Source of the DNA: Candidatus Bruticola sp.
GTDB taxonomy: Bacteria; Vulcanimicrobiota; Xenobia; Xenobiales; Xenobiaceae
Direction of reading: 5' to 3'
Assembly (NCBI GenBank): GCA_051874735.1
Contig: JBJEGD010000013.1
Coordinates: forward strand, 64,001 to 128,000
Length of the DNA: 64,000 nt
Shown here piece after piece: positions 61,972 through 64,000 of this stretch. The position numbers were made by a program, and so were the translations under genes. The number at the start of each line of letters is the position of its first letter. Within the stretch, counting starts at the first letter, position 1. Below the pieces are notes generated by a model, which saw nothing but the letters and a program-made list of their open reading frames with translations, ran no database searches and was not told the DNA's origin.

Positions 61972-63441
61972 ATGATAGGTTCAATCAGTACCCCCAATTA
62001 TAGTAATTATAACATCCAGGGAGTTAGCGCCCCCAGAGCTAAGCAGGCCGAAACAATTGAATTCTCATACAACTCTCAGGATCAGTTGGTTAAGTCTGCC
62101 GGCACTACCGAAGTAGACGGCGTCACTATTCGTAAAAATGTAAAGGGCGAGTCTAATATTTCCACCGAGCGCACTAAGCTCAGCACCGCTCTGAAAGCTA
62201 ATGACGAAGGCACCTACGTTTACGATCAGAAAGCTAAACCCAAAGAGTTTACTTCTGCCCATGTATTTGCTACTGTTAACAACACTTTGCAAATGTTCCA
62301 AGATGCCTATGGCGAGAAGATTCCGTGGGCTCGTCCTGTTAGCCAAATGAAGATCGTCCCCGATGGCGGTGAAATGCTCAACGCTTATTACTCTCGTCGC
62401 GACGTCTCTGTAAACTTCTTCCACGCTGTCGATCCTACAACTAACGAAATGGTCTATTCTGGCCAGTCCGGTGAGGTCGTTTCCCACGAAGTCGGTCACG
62501 CCATGCTTGATGGTCTCCATCCCGAGTATCTGCAGGCTTGGAGTCCTGATCCCGGCGGGTTCCACGAGTCTTTTGCCGATATGACCGGTTTTATGATGGC
62601 TACTCAAGATGACGCCACTTGCGAGTTAGTAGCTCAGCAGACCGGCGGCGACCTCACCAAAGACAACAGTCTGTCTTTGACCGGTGAAGAGCTCGGTACC
62701 ACTATCGGTCACGCCAGTGGTGACAGCAGCCGTAATAACATCCGCAACGCTAACAACAAATTTAAGTGGGTCGATCCTAAAACTCTGCCCGAAAATCCTC
62801 CCAAAGGCGGTCTGGGCACTGAAATGCATAGTTGGTCCCAGGTTTATACTGGAGCCATGTACGATGCCTTTACTACAATGGTGAAGCGCGGCATGGAGGA
62901 AGAGGGCCTGACTGCAGCTCAATCTATTAAAGACAGCGGTAAGCAGCTCATCGAACTGTATGCAGCCACTTTGAAAGACGCTCCTAAGGGCGATTTCACT
63001 TACAAGCAGATGGCTAATTGCATGTTGAAAGCCGATCGCGAATTGGGCGGCAAGAACCAGGAAGCTCTCCGCAACGCTTTTATTGGCCGCAATATTTTAG
63101 ATGATAACATGAGCATTAACGAAACTCCCGACTACGGTATGAGAAATACTCGTACTATGACCGTATCTTTAGACGGCGATTTCGGTATGTTCTCTGGTGC
63201 TAAGGTCGATACTTTAGTAGACGCAGACAAAATGTATGCTAGTGACTCTTCCCGTCCGGAAGCTACTAATCTCAAGCATGATATGAAGCGTTTAATCGAC
63301 GCTGGTCGTATTCTGTATACTGAGCCCAATCAGAATATCCAGACTAAAGATCTTTTCGATAAGGATGGAGTTCCTTACGCTGGTGTAGTTCGCTGGATCG
63401 ATGGTAATATGACCATTGAGAGAAATACTATTATTAATTAG
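61972..63441 (+). CDS. Gluzincin metalloprotease (M4/M36 thermolysin/fungalysin-like) with no recognisable Sec signal
   Basis: NAYY, VSHEVGH (HExxH), GGFHESFAD third ligand, EMHSWSQVYTGA. Confidence 0.85.
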   Translation: MIGSISTPNYSNYNIQGVSAPRAKQAETIEFSYNSQDQLVKSAGTTEVDGVTIRKNVKGESNISTERTKLSTALKANDEGTYVYDQKAKPKEFTSAHVFATVNNTLQMFQDAYGEKIPWARPVSQMKIVPDGGEMLNAYYSRRDVSVNFFHAVDPTTNEMVYSGQSGEVVSHEVGHAMLDGLHPEYLQAWSPDPGGFHESFADMTGFMMATQDDATCELVAQQTGGDLTKDNSLSLTGEELGTTIGHASGDSSRNNIRNANNKFKWVDPKTLPENPPKGGLGTEMHSWSQVYTGAMYDAFTTMVKRGMEEEGLTAAQSIKDSGKQLIELYAATLKDAPKGDFTYKQMANCMLKADRELGGKNQEALRNAFIGRNILDDNMSINETPDYGMRNTRTMTVSLDGDFGMFSGAKVDTLVDADKMYASDSSRPEATNLKHDMKRLIDAGRILYTEPNQNIQTKDLFDKDGVPYAGVVRWIDGNMTIERNTIIN

Positions 63442-63480
63442 TATCGACAAAAAATAATCGGCTGTTTTGATAATAGCTGG

Positions 63481-63519
63481 AGGCTCCCGCGGGCAAAGTC
63501 AAGGCGGGAGCCTTTTTTT
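63481..63519 (+). terminator. Intrinsic terminator of the protease gene
   Basis: AGGCTCCCGC / GCGGGAGCCT stem plus T run; a second, oppositely oriented hairpin at about 63543-63579. Confidence 0.85.
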
Positions 63520-63615
63520 ATTTTGCCGCTGATTATATAAATAAAAAAATCCCGTCCGCTTTTAGTAAGCAAACGGGATCGCTTCAGATTTTATGCCGTA
63601 TTTTATTGAGTTGAG

Positions 63616-64000
63616 TTATTTCTTCTTAATAAGTATATACTCATTCTGTTTAGTTTGGGGAGTATTGGCCGCTGGGCCATGATGAATTTTGCCTCCCTTC
63701 ATAACTTCTAAGCAAGTTAACACTGATATGTAGTGGTTAGTTGCCATCCAGAGTGAGGATTCTGCCCAGGTTAAGGGTGTATTAATGCCGGGCAGATAAG
63801 CTTTGCCGGAATTGGGAGGCAGAGTACTGACGCACTGCCAGGCTTCGGGAACAGACCAAGCGGGAGCTACAGCTCCGTTAGCCTTAACAATGTCGGTTTC
63901 GGGAGTAATTCTGGCGTAAGCTCTGTTTATATTGCGGTTGGCTCCGGCCAAGCATTCTTTTATAAGAGCTTCTTCTTCAGCCGTAAGGGTAGGACGTCCG
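63616..64000 (-). CDS. C-terminal fragment of a probable glycoside hydrolase family 15 (glucoamylase-like) protein; 5' end outside window
   Basis: Frame is open to the window edge; VPEAW...NTPLTWAES resembles the GH15 C-terminal PE/PLxW motifs. Confidence 0.55.
   Translation of the reverse strand, partial: GRPTLTAEEEALIKECLAGANRNINRAYARITPETDIVKANGAVAPAWSVPEAWQCVSTLPPNSGKAYLPGINTPLTWAESSLWMATNHYISVLTCLEVMKGGKIHHGPAANTPQTKQNEYILIKKK

Overview
A 64-kb bacterial chromosomal segment of moderate GC (roughly 40-45% by eye) from an anaerobic fermenter; taxonomy cannot be fixed from this window. Housekeeping content: ktrBA/trk K+ uptake, alaS, dapD-dapE, gpmA, manA, clpC, rimP-nusA-ylxR-infB-rbfA-nrnA, groESL, class I fructose-bisphosphate aldolase, and three tRNAs (Ser-TGA, Ala-CGC, Tyr-GTA). 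A redox/H2 locus runs rex-adhE-kinase-[2Fe-2S] x2-sensory [FeFe]-hydrogenase(PAS)-SpoIIE-type phosphatase-group B [FeFe]-hydrogenase, split by an internal terminator and with a duplicated 2Fe-2S gene. An accessory region behind tRNA-Ala carries a DUF4011-helicase-nuclease-DUF3320 (Hhe-like) defence gene, a MATE pseudogene with an in-frame TAA, and four orphan membrane proteins, two of which share a C-terminal tail conserved at protein level. Best candidates for undescribed systems: (i) a five-gene operon at 53-60 kb (Fe-S aldo/keto reductase, B12-binding radical SAM, GT-C-like membrane protein, small membrane protein, LPG-synthase-TM flippase), probably for cell-envelope glycolipid/glycan modification; (ii) the orphan membrane array with SENFAARN...YxDLDDQF tails; (iii) a J-like/TPR membrane protein plus a 1008-aa Zn-ribbon protein upstream of clpC. 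Also noted: RimP lacking its C-terminal domain, GroEL with a Cys/His tail instead of GGM repeats, and a metalloprotease with no signal peptide. No CRISPR array, rRNA, transposase or integrase was seen. All family assignments come from motif recognition by eye, not database searches.
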